From the NCBI RefSeq assembly GCF_000315625.1, contig NW_005434644.1, positions 254,973 to 318,972 of the forward strand: 64,000 nt of DNA, in the 5' to 3' direction. The position numbers and the translations under genes were made by a program. Below are positions 51,499 to 62,667 of this stretch, one piece after another; positions within the stretch are counted from its first letter, which is position 1; every line of letters begins with the position of its first letter. Below the pieces are notes generated by a model, which ran no database searches, had not been told where the DNA came from, and saw only the letters and a list, made by a program, of their open reading frames with translations. Source of the DNA: Guillardia theta CCMP2712 (taxonomy: Eukaryota > Protista > Cryptophyta).

Positions 51499-54030
51499 TT
51501 ACAGAGTCATCAGGCTGCTCCTCGCCCTCCTCCCCCCCCCTGCCTGCAGGCTGCCCTTAGCCAGCGTCTGGAGGTGCCTCAAGTTGACGCAGTCGGAGTG
51601 CTTGTGCTGAGGAGGAGTGAGGAAGAAGGAGACAACCGCAGGGAGAGGAAAACCTTTGAGCAGTACAAGATCTGCCCGTCCGTGAGGAGGCCGAAGGAGG
51701 GCGTCAAGTTGCATCCCTTCTCGATGCACTTGGAGTGCCGAACGTCCACCATGGTCGACCTGCAGGAGAAGATCAAGAGGAGAAGAGGACGAGGGAGGGG
51801 CAAGAAGAAGAGGACGAGGAAAGGACAGCAAAAAAACAGAGCGATGGAGGGAAGAAGGGAGGGAGGAGGGAGGTAGGGGATGAAATCCGAGGAGAGCGGA
51901 GGGTGGAACGAAGGGATGAGAGTATTGAGCAGGGTAGACCTGTCAGCATGAGCTGCACACCACAAGGGGACTCGCTCTGCCTTGTCCCCGAAGCTCGCCC
52001 TGCGCATGCAGTCTGCCAAGAGGTGTAAGCAGGGAGCAGGTCACTCTACTGCCCGACCTGGAAACTTGCAGTGCTTGTTGAACAAGTCCACATGGTGCGG
52101 CTCCCGATGCTCGGCACAGAACCTTCTCTCCCCTTTTACCTCCCTAGGATGAAGGATCAGCGAACAGGCACCGGAAAAGCTCCTTCCTCCTCCCCCCCCC
52201 CCCCCTCCTCCTCTCCCTCCCTCTTCCCCTGCCTCACCCAAATTTTGCGACTTTCGTGCACAGAGGAGACTTGCAGACATAGCTTGCTATCTTCTTCTGC
52301 CCTGGTCGCCTGCTGAAGATCAGCTGGAGGGTTGGCACGTGCGTGCGATGTACCTGTGGGCCTCGCAGTGGGTGAGTCCCCCGTTGCGGTTGTGAAACCC
52401 GAAGACAGCTCGCGTACAACAACCCTCCACCATGCAGAGCTTCTGCGCCGCAGGAGTGAACGAGAGCCGCAGATCGGACAGTGTGAGGAGGGTTTGGGGT
52501 TGAGGAAGCTACGAGAAGAGGAGGTGGAGGAGGTGATAAGGATGGGAACATTCAGGGAGAGGAAGGAAGAAATACAAGGAAGAGGCCTCCACTCACTCTT
52601 ATAAGAACATGCTTGCTGCATTTGTGCATCACGCAAAATCTTGGGCGATCGCCTGCTTCACCGAAGGCCCTACAGCATCATCATCGACATCGTCGACATC
52701 CACCGCAAGGATGCTGCTCACGGAATCTTCTTGCAGCCCAGAGGGTATTCGCACCTCCTCCTCTTCTCGTCCTGCAGTCAAGACGTCACGGCAAGGCTGA
52801 CGCAAACCACTCCAACGCACAGGAGACTTCGATCTTCTCTCCGACTGGGACTGGAAAGTTGCAAGCGACGTCCAGTTTTGGAAAACCTTCTCGTCCGCCC
52901 TCATCTGCAGGTACCCGTACTTGGGGTAACTTCCTGACAGCTTGTGCTGTGCACAGAAGCCCAGGGACTGGTGGCAAGGGTCCGACCATGACGCTTGTCG
53001 CGAGCAGCCCTCGGCATGCCCTGAGGAGGCAACATCAGTGGCGGGGGACGAGCAAGGGGGTAGGAAGAGCTCACGGCACTTCTGGTGCTTGAAGTCTACC
53101 GAGTCAGCTGGCGCATGATCCCTACAGTACCGCGTGGATTCATTCCAGGGGTCGAGAGGGTCGGAGGACTTGACGACAAACCTGCACGGGAGGTGGTCAG
53201 GTGCGGGGAGGGCAGCAAGCAGACGGGACGCACGAGGCCGACTTCCCGCAGTCATGAGAGCTGCAGAGATAATTGCGAGGCTGATGGGTATGGTGCGGGG
53301 ATTGACTTCTCGAACCCTCCCTCCCCTCCCGTGGCGGAGTGATCGGACTGGTTCACACGTCAGTAATTACCTCCCGGGACCACAGGGAAGCCTCACCTCA
53401 ACCTCTCCCCCATGTTCGTCTCTCCCTTGTTCTGCATCTCAGCTGAGGATACCGTGGACCAGGCCATGTGCTCTATCGCAATGTCATCGCTGTCTAGATT
53501 CCAGTTCGACACGGGATCTTGCAGAAGGGCTGCTGCCCCGCTGTGCTCCCTTGGGAGCGAGACCGAAGACGAGAGCTGCAGCACGCCGAGACGATCGTGC
53601 GCGTCTGACGCTGATCCCTGAGGGGTCAAGGAGGAGTCCAACTCTGCCCTCGCGTCTTGTTGAGGGCTTGAGGGTCTGGGAGAGGTCAGTCCGTTGGTTT
53701 CCGTTAGTCGGAGGTCTTGGTCGAGGTCCTTGCAACCGGACCAGCTCCTCTGCAGCCACGAGATCAGCCAAGTGTTGTGCTAGCATGCCTGCCTGCCATT
53801 ACCGGATAACAGCCAGTGCTCTCATTGCTGCAAGCCTCCCTGATGTTCAAGGCAGGCTGTCAGAACAGAGAGCGGCAGAGGGCAGTGAAACAAGTTTGAG
53901 TGGAGAAGGGGGAGGCAGGCAGGAGATCGGGACCATCGAAGCAGCGCAAAACGTATGAGAAATGAAACAAGAAGTACCATGCGAGCAGAGTCTCTTGAAC
54001 GATCCCATCGCCGAACAACACCTGTTCCAT
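51499..54030 (-). CDS. EsV-1-7 cysteine-rich repeat protein (multi-exon; start approximate)
   Basis: Repeated C-x4-C..(A/P)SFG...(F/Y/W)C..H....VD motifs, e.g. CIEKGCNLTPSFG..ILYCSK, RRASFGDKAERVPLWCAAH, RFCAEHREPHHVDLFNKHC. Confidence 0.8.
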
Positions 54031-54449
54031 TCCTTCAGGGATTCTGACAATCTATCCGGACCAAACCGGTGCTAGCCAACGAACCTGTCGATTCACCGCG
54101 TGATGTCGTGGATGCTCGACGTCAGAGTGAGCACAAAGCTTGAGGGTATCATGCGCCAGCACAGAGCTCGTCTCATCATGGCTACTGACAGTCAGTACCC
54201 AACAAAACAGGATGATGCCCGGAGCCACAGAGACGTATTTCCACTCATGCATGCTGAACAGCAATACAATGTGATGAAACTTCGTTCAACCTTTACATGT
54301 TTTAGCAGCACAATATCACAAAGAACGCAAGGCATTACCCAGATGAATGTATGTCAAGATCGTATCTTGTTCCATAGCAGCTTATTTCACCCACAATTCT
54401 GGCGGTGACAACATCTTGGCGGTCGCATCCTATTCAAGAAGCAATAACT

Positions 54450-54642
54450 AAGATTGTACAAAGACAAAGGATGATTGAGAACGATTGTACCAAGACAAAG
54501 AATGATTGAGAAAGATTATACAAAGACAAAGAATGATTGAGAAAGATTGTACCAAGACAAAGAATGATTGAGAAAGATTGTACAAAGACAAAAGACAAAG
54601 AATGATTGAGAAAGATTGTACAAAGACAAAGAATGATTGAGA
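54450..54642. repeat. 31-bp AT-rich tandem repeat, 6 copies
   Basis: Unit AAGATTGTACAAAGACAAAGAATGATTGAGA, head-to-tail; one copy carries a 7-bp insertion. Confidence 0.92.
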
Positions 54643-56050
54643 AAAGGCTGGTAAAATGCAATGTAATAGCATGTCCGAAACCCAGCCCCGTCAGCTACAC
54701 TTCAGAAAAGGTCTGCATTTCCAAGAGTAGTTCGGACCAAGGGGTCTGGAGGTGCCTGCCTGCTTCAAAATACAGCCGAAATCCTCATGAGCTCCCTCAT
54801 TGAGATTCCTGGTGAATGTCCCCTCATCCCTCCTTGTCATCTGCTCCTCTCTTCCACTCCCTCTGCAGTTACACGATTCTCCCGACAGGCTATGTAACAG
54901 AAAAAAGCGACCTCAAGTATCCCATCCAACAACAGAGTAGTTGCTCTCGCACCTTCACATGCTTTGAATACCCAAGTTTGACTTTCTACCACTTGTCTTT
55001 CTCTTCTTCTCGCTACTCTCTCAATGCCATCGCCGCCGCTTCCTTCTCGTACTTGGATCCGCCATTTCGCTTACTGACCCCTACACCCTTCTCATCACCT
55101 TGTACCCCCATGCCTTACATCATAACTTTTAAAATTGAAGTCTCCATCCAATTTAATTTCAAAATTTGGACCCCTCAATGACCTGAAAATGAGTGTCAAA
55201 TAAGGGGTACATCAACTTCACATCGACACATTTTGATTTCTCTATCTATATTTGGACTACCCCTACCCTCCTCCTTGAATCCCCCACCCCAATTGATAAA
55301 GCAGATTGCAGGTCGTAATTCGGTCATCTGAATTGGCTGGGTCCAATATACACCGGTACTTGCACATGGTTCTTAGGAGGGTGGGGGTGGGGCGATGGCT
55401 CTCAAGACCCGGTGATCGGAGGTTTGAGGGGGGGTAGTGGGGTAGTGGAGCCACCGCTACATAAGGAATCCGTTTTACTTAACGCCCCTGGCGGGGGCGG
55501 GCCCGGTGTTAAACAGGATCCGGCGGCCCCGGGCCGGGCCACGGGCCTCGGCGCTGCCCGTCACTGACTGAGTGCCACTAGTGGTCTTTGTACTACGGTA
55601 GCTGACATGATCGGACTCTGTGTGTACCTGACACTGTGACTGATCTCCGTGGCCATGGAGTTCAGCACCGTGCCGGGTTATGTTTGACTGAGAGTCTCAG
55701 CATGAGTCTCTTCCTCCTCTCTATCCGATGATCCTATCAGTCCCCCTTCTCAGTCTCTGCTCGGAGTACCGCCGTTAGTACATGTTGATTTCCTTGCGTG
55801 ATCAAATCTTCTACCTTCACGCAACGGCTGATTTCGTCCCCTACCCGGAGTCTCATCGCGCAAAGGCTGTTGATACGTAAGATGTTCGCCCGATCACTCT
55901 TCAACTTGAAAGAACACCGCAGCGGAATCTCAGGAGCTGGGCATGCTCTCAATGCGCAAGGCTTTAAGAAGAAAAAGAGGATGAAGTAAGGAGGAAACCA
56001 TCGACTCAAAGAAAAGGTTTCAATGAGCTGACAGTTGTGTATGCCTCTCT

Positions 56051-57718
56051 CTACTCGGGCAGGGGGATCGTAAGAGGCTTGCCCTTGGTAACGGACTTGA
56101 ATCTGGGGGCGTTGGACCCGGGCGTGAAGAACTGGAACTTCGATCATCGCAAGCAGAGGTCAGCAAAGGTTATGAACGCACCTCAGCTTTGGTTCCAGCC
56201 CAGTCGGCACCAGCCTCCTGCTGATCGTAGAAGTTGTAGTGTTTCCTGAAGCTGTTCATCCAGGGTCAATGCAGGTCACAAGACAGCTGAGGTGGGTGAG
56301 CAGGCGCTTGCCTGTAGATCGAGCGAGTCGCCTCCTTGTCGGCCTCCTTCCACGCGAACAGCCACTTGAAGATGATCAGGGGATGGAACAGCAGAACGAG
56401 GACAGCCAGAGCGGCAGTAGGCAGTGTAGGTGGAGGATGTGAGCACATATGGTTCAAGCAGCTACCTGGGGGTCCACAGGAGGTAGAGGCTGACCTGCCA
56501 GCACCTGTACAGTGTGTCAGAGGAGCTCCAAGCACAGTGACAGAGGGTGTCGTGCCGCTTTCACGTCTTTCTCCATCCTCTCAGCAGACCACAGCCTTGG
56601 GTATCTTCTGAGGACCTGATTCCACCCTCAGGTAACTGAACAGTTCAAAGAGACGTTGCAGTCAACCTGGCCGTCTGCATCCAGCAAGAACTTCTCGTAG
56701 TTGAGAGTGATTCGCGTGATGTTGTTGGGGTTGGGAAGGTTGGTGGTCATGTACCTGAATCACACATCGAAGGAAGTCAGGAATAAGCGGAATGCAAGGA
56801 AGCAGGAGAGGGATGGATGGATGGATGGATGGATGGATGGATGGAGGGAGGGAGGGAGGGAGGGAGGGAGGGATTTAAAGATGAACATGATCAGTACACG
56901 GAAAGGATCAGTGTGCATCTGGCATGTTAGATGCAGGTCCTCTGTTGATCAGCTCACCGGTACAAAGGATGAGTGAACTTCCCTACGATGTCTGTCTTGT
57001 CTGTAACAATAATGGGACCTTTCAACGAGCTCTTCATTCCATACTGCTGGGCCACCTTCAAAATGCAGTCAGTCGACAAACTATTGAGTTCCCGCTCTAC
57101 TTTGATCCTGACAGTAGCAGAGTCGTCCGGTTCGTAATCTCCTTGATCCGTAGGGAAGCAGATCGCGTTGAGCCCTTGATCTGCGTACTGCAAGACGAGG
57201 GTCTTGAGGGCAGGGATCTGAGTGACTGTCTCCGGGTCGTCCAACTTGATATTCATCACTATTGTAGCCTTGCTGCCCTTCAACTTCGACAGTGTTTTCT
57301 GCTTACCATTCACAGGGATGGGGATGTCTTCAAGCGATTCCGGGCTGTATACTTCTTCGAGAAGAAAGTCCTGGCGCTTTCGGAAACTTGGACGATCCAG
57401 CACGTCAGCGCCCATCGGTGCTCTCGAACCCAAGGCGGAATCTTCAGCGCCACTGGCAAGGGGCGCGGCGACCACAAAAGCACCTGCGAGCTGAAATACT
57501 TGTCTTCTGCTCAACAATGAGTTAGAAGTTGCTTGATCAGTTTGATCTGAAGGTCTCGCGGACATCGTAGCTCCTCTGGACGAACAGGACGCGCTCCCTT
57601 GTTGCCGTCGTAAGCAAGGGGATCCTGCCACTGAGAACGCTGCTGCTCGATCGACAAGTAGCGAGGAGGCAACTACGAGCAAGCCAGCAGCACAATTCCA
57701 GAGACGAAGTTGTATCAT
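56051..57718 (-). CDS. Glutathione peroxidase-like protein, plastid/thylakoid-lumen targeted (multi-exon)
   Basis: Signal peptide with AAAF cleavage motif, then transit peptide, then SRRQVF...ASGA Tat-like signal. GPX-fold motifs AICFPTDQG, HPLYRYM, ITLNYEKFLLDADGQ, RRYP. Confidence 0.78.
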
Positions 57719-58292
57719 CGCTCGTCTTGTCCTCTCATCCTCGCGCTCTCCTGCTCCCTTCGCCTTCATGTTCCCTGCGGCCACCGCCATATCACAGCTT
57801 ATGACCCCCATCCTGAGGCGGGCCGTATTGATGTCCACCCCCCCCACCTTCAGTTTTCCACATGGAATACTCCTCACCCCCATGGATTACCACCCCACCT
57901 ATCATTTCACAGTCAATATAACCCCATCTCCATACTTCTTTCACCCCACCCATCTATCTCCATCACCACCTTCGAAGGGTAACCCCCGCAAACCCTCAAC
58001 TACCCACCCTCAAACTTTCCATGATTTTGGTACTTGTTTTGTGGGGTACAATCCCCTGATTATTCCTAGGGGGGGGGGGGGTAGGTCAGTATTCTGGGTC
58101 GATTGAAGGGTGGGGTAGAGATTTCTGGTCAACCATCTTTACCCCCCTCACTTTCCCGGAAATAGAAGGGTGAGGCGAAACATGTTCGCGCTCGTCCGGC
58201 AGACTGTGGTGAGCGATGAGGCGATGGCGGGGGTTGGTTGCCTGTCTGAGAGCTGCAAGAGCTTATCTTGTGCTTGTTATCCCGTGCTAAAG

Positions 58293-61055
58293 CTACTTGT
58301 TCTGTCTCCGTGGATGGTTGGCCTTGACGAAACGAATTGAGCACAATGTCATGTTGCAGTGTGTTCGACGGTTTCTGTATCTTAGCCTTGATGCTGCATG
58401 AATTTGTTTCTGGATCATCTTATATGATTTGATGTGATCAAAGTTGGACACGATGCTCTCTATTGTTCTACCAGAAATCCATGATAGATCGCTCATATGC
58501 ATACGCAGGAACTCTTGCAACAGAGCCTGGTTGTTTCAGACAATTGTACCCATCAGTCGTCTGGCGGTTTGTTGTATGGAGCGATTTGCTATGATGTTGG
58601 AGGCTGCTGCCCAACTGAACAGTCTCAACAACTTTCAAAGTCCTCTGGAGGTTCTCTAGCAGCGTGAGAGACGCGCTATGGATGCTTAGAAGTCTCGTGA
58701 CCTCGTGTAATTTCGGCGTATTGTTTTTCAAGCTGTATCGCCCGACCAGTGATATCGCACAGTCAGCAGCAGTGAGAGGGATGCCCTCGCATGTATAACT
58801 TATTAAATCATCTCTGAAAGAATTCTTCAAGTTTTTGTGTGACACTCTTGAAAGTATTCCTCAAGATATTGTGTGAAAACTCTTGATCCGCTCTCGACAC
58901 TAACTTGATGCCATGAAAATAGTGACGGCAGGTTGGGTTCAATGCTCTTGTATTCATCTACAATAATAAAGAGAAGGATGCACTTGAACAAAGTATGGTG
59001 CTAGCGACTTGATAACGCCGGCCTCATCCTTTTGATAATTTCTTAATGCTCCTCCTTGGAATCTTTCTGGGCACGTCCGACACTTTGCCATCCAGTGTTG
59101 GTCTATCCATCGAACATCAGATGACAATCAAGCAGCAAGCAAGCAGCATACCACTCCAGATCGCGCAGCCATGATCGCTTGATAGGCTTTGTATGCCTCT
59201 TGGGTCTGGAAGGTGAACGACTCCATGGGCCTGCTGTTGCTCTTTCCACCGCAGCACCATCCGCCGATATGGCTGAGAGGGTTTCCTTCTTCCTCAAGCT
59301 CACGGGTGAGGTAAACCTGAGCAGATTCTCAGCAAATCAAACGCTCAGCAGTCACCGCTCACCTTCACGATAGCATGGGGGAAGATGACAAGTCCCATGA
59401 CAGCAAACGAGTAGACGACGGCAAACAGGAACAAAAGATTGCAGAGAAGGTACAAGAACACATTGATTCCGATGATGATTCTCTGGATCACCACATCACT
59501 GTTAGCTGTTGGTCCAAAGAAATCCTGTCAACAACCGTGTTAGTCGGGCAAACAGGAAACACCAAAATGACACACCTGGATGTTGGCCTTGACAAAGCCG
59601 TGAAGCAAATCAAACAAGAGAGCAATGACGAAGTATCTTGAGAGACGTCAAACTCGAAGAGGGAGCAATAGGAGCTTACCGTTGAGCAAGCTCCCAAAGA
59701 ACTGGTACGGTGTATCCCCAGAACTCTCCGGAAAGAACGCTGACCTTGGCCACATTCTCAATTGGCCAGCAATCCTCACGGCAAGTGAGCTATGAAAGCT
59801 TTTCAGAAAGAAGCTTCGTATCCAACATTGACAAAACCTGGCAGGTTCCAAACGCAGCGGCTTCCTTCTTCTGAGCGACAATTCTACGGTTTGTCACACC
59901 AAGCTTCCACACGCGATTTCCGCATCCGCACAAGAGCATTTCCCACCTGCATAATAGTGAGACTGATTGGCTGGGAATTACTGCAGGTTTGCTATCACCA
60001 GGACGAGCTCAGGGGCTCCTCCTTGTGGAAGAAGATCTCCTCCCCTGGCATCAGGAGCAGGTTGGCAGTCACGTCATTCTCGTCCAAGATTGCTTCTTCA
60101 TCTTCGCGCTTGTCCAATCGTGGACGGATGTAGGTGACATAGCCCCAGCACAAGATGGCAAGAATGATGATGAAGAGAATCCAGTCCAGGTGCATGCCGA
60201 AGATTGCACGAAAGTCCGTCCAGCTAAGCAGTCACTATCAATCCACTGCCTCCAATCCACTGCCACTCCTTGCATACCTTGAGGGCCACTTGATCTTAGA
60301 CAAGTGGGGAACAAACGAGTTCAAGATCTTAGGGCCTGAGTATCAATTAGGTTCTGGATCGCCTAGATTCGTTTGTAAGATATAGAGTAATCCTCTACCT
60401 TTGGACTCGGAGGAAGGCGACGAACTGGACTCGGATGAGGCTCCAGATGCAGCAGGAGCCGCAGCAGGTGCGGCGGCAGGTGCAGCAGCAGGTGCAGGCG
60501 CGGCAGCGGGGGCGGGGGCGGGGGCGGCCTCAGCAGCCTCTTCCTCAGCCAGCTCAGTAGTCACGGCAGGGAAGGATCGTTGAGCAGATTGCTTGAGGAA
60601 GAAATCAATCAGGATGAACTATCAAGGTCTAATAATGAGATCTTACAGCTTGTGCCTTGACCAACATGCTGGCGGAATCGTCGTCGGAGGATCCGATTGC
60701 CAACAGTCCAACGGCCACCAAGGCAAAGAGCATGACAGCACCAACCATCTGCATCCTGTTCTTGTTGGAAAATGTCCTGACAACATGCCAGTGTTAATAA
60801 TTTTGATGTGCAACTTCTGGTCATTTCTTTTGCTTTTCCTACAGCAGGCAATGCATGATACAAACTACGAACTCGATTTCATCTCGAAATCGCGCATCAT
60901 TTCTGTCAGCCAATCGCAGCACAGATGAGATCGCCATCTTTGACATGAAGAGGGAGATGAAGGGGCAGTGCAACAAGAAGTTTCCAGCATTTGAGCACTG
61001 ACCTTTCCTCATTCGGACGAATCATGTCGTAGCGCTGACCGCCGGCAGAGAGCAT
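58293..61055 (-). CDS. Hypothetical membrane protein with Ala/Pro-rich linker (multi-exon; could be two genes)
   Basis: Hydrophobic segments AVMLFALVAVGLLAIG, WILFIIILAILCWGY and NVFLYLLCNLLFLFAVV; APAAAP linker. Confidence 0.5.
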
Positions 61056-61372
61056 GGCGAAAGGCGCGCTGGGCTCTCCGAAAATAGATCGGGAAAAAAA
61101 GGATAGGAGGTCCGGGAGAACAGTGGGGTGGGGTGCCTTGACCACCCGTAGTCGAACTATTTTTGAGAGGGGGTTGAATCCGATCCCCTTTGTCACACTA
61201 GTACCCCTTACTTGGTAGGGTCCATCCTGACTGGGGCCCAGGGGTACTGATGACAATGGTGAGTGATCGGACCGTCACACACCGGCTGGCCCTGCGGCCT
61301 CAGTAGAGTACAATATTGGGCTGACCGTGGGATTTTGGGGGTAGGGGTGTATACCCGACCGTACGAACTCGG

Positions 61373-62249
61373 AATCATGGCGCCGAGGGTCATTTCGGCA
61401 GGACCCCAGGCAGTCCCTTTCAGTCCTGGGCTCGGATCGGACCGTGGGGTGACCGGCACGACCGTATAAGTCAAGGGGAGGGTGGGGTACTTGATTCGGA
61501 TTCTACCGTACAGGCCGTGCGAGGGGTCATGATCTTCGATCACGGTGAACTTCGGAAGGGACCCAAAATAGGATTGAGAGACAAGCTAGTAACCGGGTTC
61601 ACGCGGTCAAGACCTCCGTTGAGCAGGGAGGGGGCCTTCTCTCCCGCAGCCAGAAGGTCCGGCTGTCCCAGCATCTTGGCCAGGTACGGCTGCACAAGCT
61701 CCGACACGGGCCATCCAGCAGCCGCAAGCATAGCAAGACGCCCGTGCTTGAGCTCCGCCTCCCTGTAGTTCTTGAGCGCGTCCATGGAGGTGGCGCAGTT
61801 GAGGGGATCGAAGCCCTTGTTGCCCACCATGACGCAGTCGGCCAGCACCGAGTCCGGCTTGAGCAGGCCGAACTTGATCGCGTTGCGCACGTACAGGTTG
61901 CCGCCCTGAGCATCATCGAAGCGCTGCATGTTCATCAGGCGCTCGTACTCGGCGTAGTCGATGACGCCGTTGCCGTCGATGTCGCCACGAGCCATGAGGG
62001 CCTGGATCTCGGCGGAGAGGTTGTTGCCGAGAGCAGCCTTGAGCTCGGCCATGTCGATGCTGCCAGAGCCGTCCGCGTCGAGCTTGTTGAAGAGCTCCTT
62101 GGTGAGCTTGACCTCTTGCTCGATCTTGGTGGGAGCGCTCTGCATGCGGAGGGACTCCGGGAGCAGGTGGCAGGGCGGGAGGAGGCCAGGCGGGGGAGGC
62201 CCGAGGAGGCAGGGGCGAAGGCAGAGGCAGAAGCGATGGCAGCGAAAGC
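61373..62249 (-). pseudogene. EF-hand-LHC (LHCZ-like chlorophyll a/c-binding) fusion pseudogene
   Basis: AIASASAFAP presequence has no ATG and is out of frame with the mature protein (8-bp insertion at about 62155-62162). EF-hands DADGSGSIDMAE and DIDGNGVIDYAE. LHC helix 1: GFDPL..YREAELKHGRLAMLAAAGWPVSEL...PSLLNGGL. Clean homology stops at about 61594. Confidence 0.8.
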
Positions 62250-62406
62250 GGGAGTGCAGGGGTATTACCTTGGGGTGGGGTGTCAACAAGTACCGGTACG
62301 TTTCCCATCACTGTACTGTTTTTGTAAAGGTGGGGTATAGGGGGGCATTTGTTGAGGGGGTACCCTTACCTGGTGTGCATACGCCGAAGTTCCTTTAATC
62401 GACAAA

Positions 62407-62426
62407 AGGACTCCCGAAGGAGTCCT
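62407..62426. other. Perfect 8-bp-stem hairpin upstream of the Fanzor ORF
   Basis: AGGACTCC-CGAA-GGAGTCCT; the minus strand has a c(TTCG)g loop. Confidence 0.7.
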
Positions 62427-62667
62427 GGACCAGCATGACAGGGGTCATTGATAGGTTTCAATCACCCATCCAATGGGGCTGTATGAGGGTCTTAAAAAAG
62501 AAAAAAAAATCTTCCCTCCTCCGACGGAAAGTTTGTGGCACTGCTCGTTTCATCTTCCCGCCATTACAGAGTTTGCGGTCCGACAATACACTGAAACGAT
62601 GGTAATGAAAAAAATGTAGCGACTACCTGCTATCTAACATGGTTTCGCCAGACTAACATACTATAAC

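Noticed and set aside
54450-54642. CRISPR-like array
   Set aside because: Units are head-to-tail with no unique spacers, and there are no cas genes; the same applies to the 37-bp and 27-bp repeats.
55650-55989. Small plus-strand gene ending GHALNAQGFKKKKRMK
   Set aside because: Possible, but no consistent start or exon chain could be established; the plus-strand ORFs at 56037-56611 are antisense to GPX-like exons.
61540-62289. 249-aa ORF taken as an intact gene
   Set aside because: It has a TTG start in GGGGT-rich sequence, its N-terminus is the wrong frame of the presequence, and intact LHC helices 2-3 are absent.
62407-62426. Rho-independent terminator or Helitron 3' end
   Set aside because: Eukaryotic nuclear context, and no CTRR at the expected distance from the hairpin on either strand.
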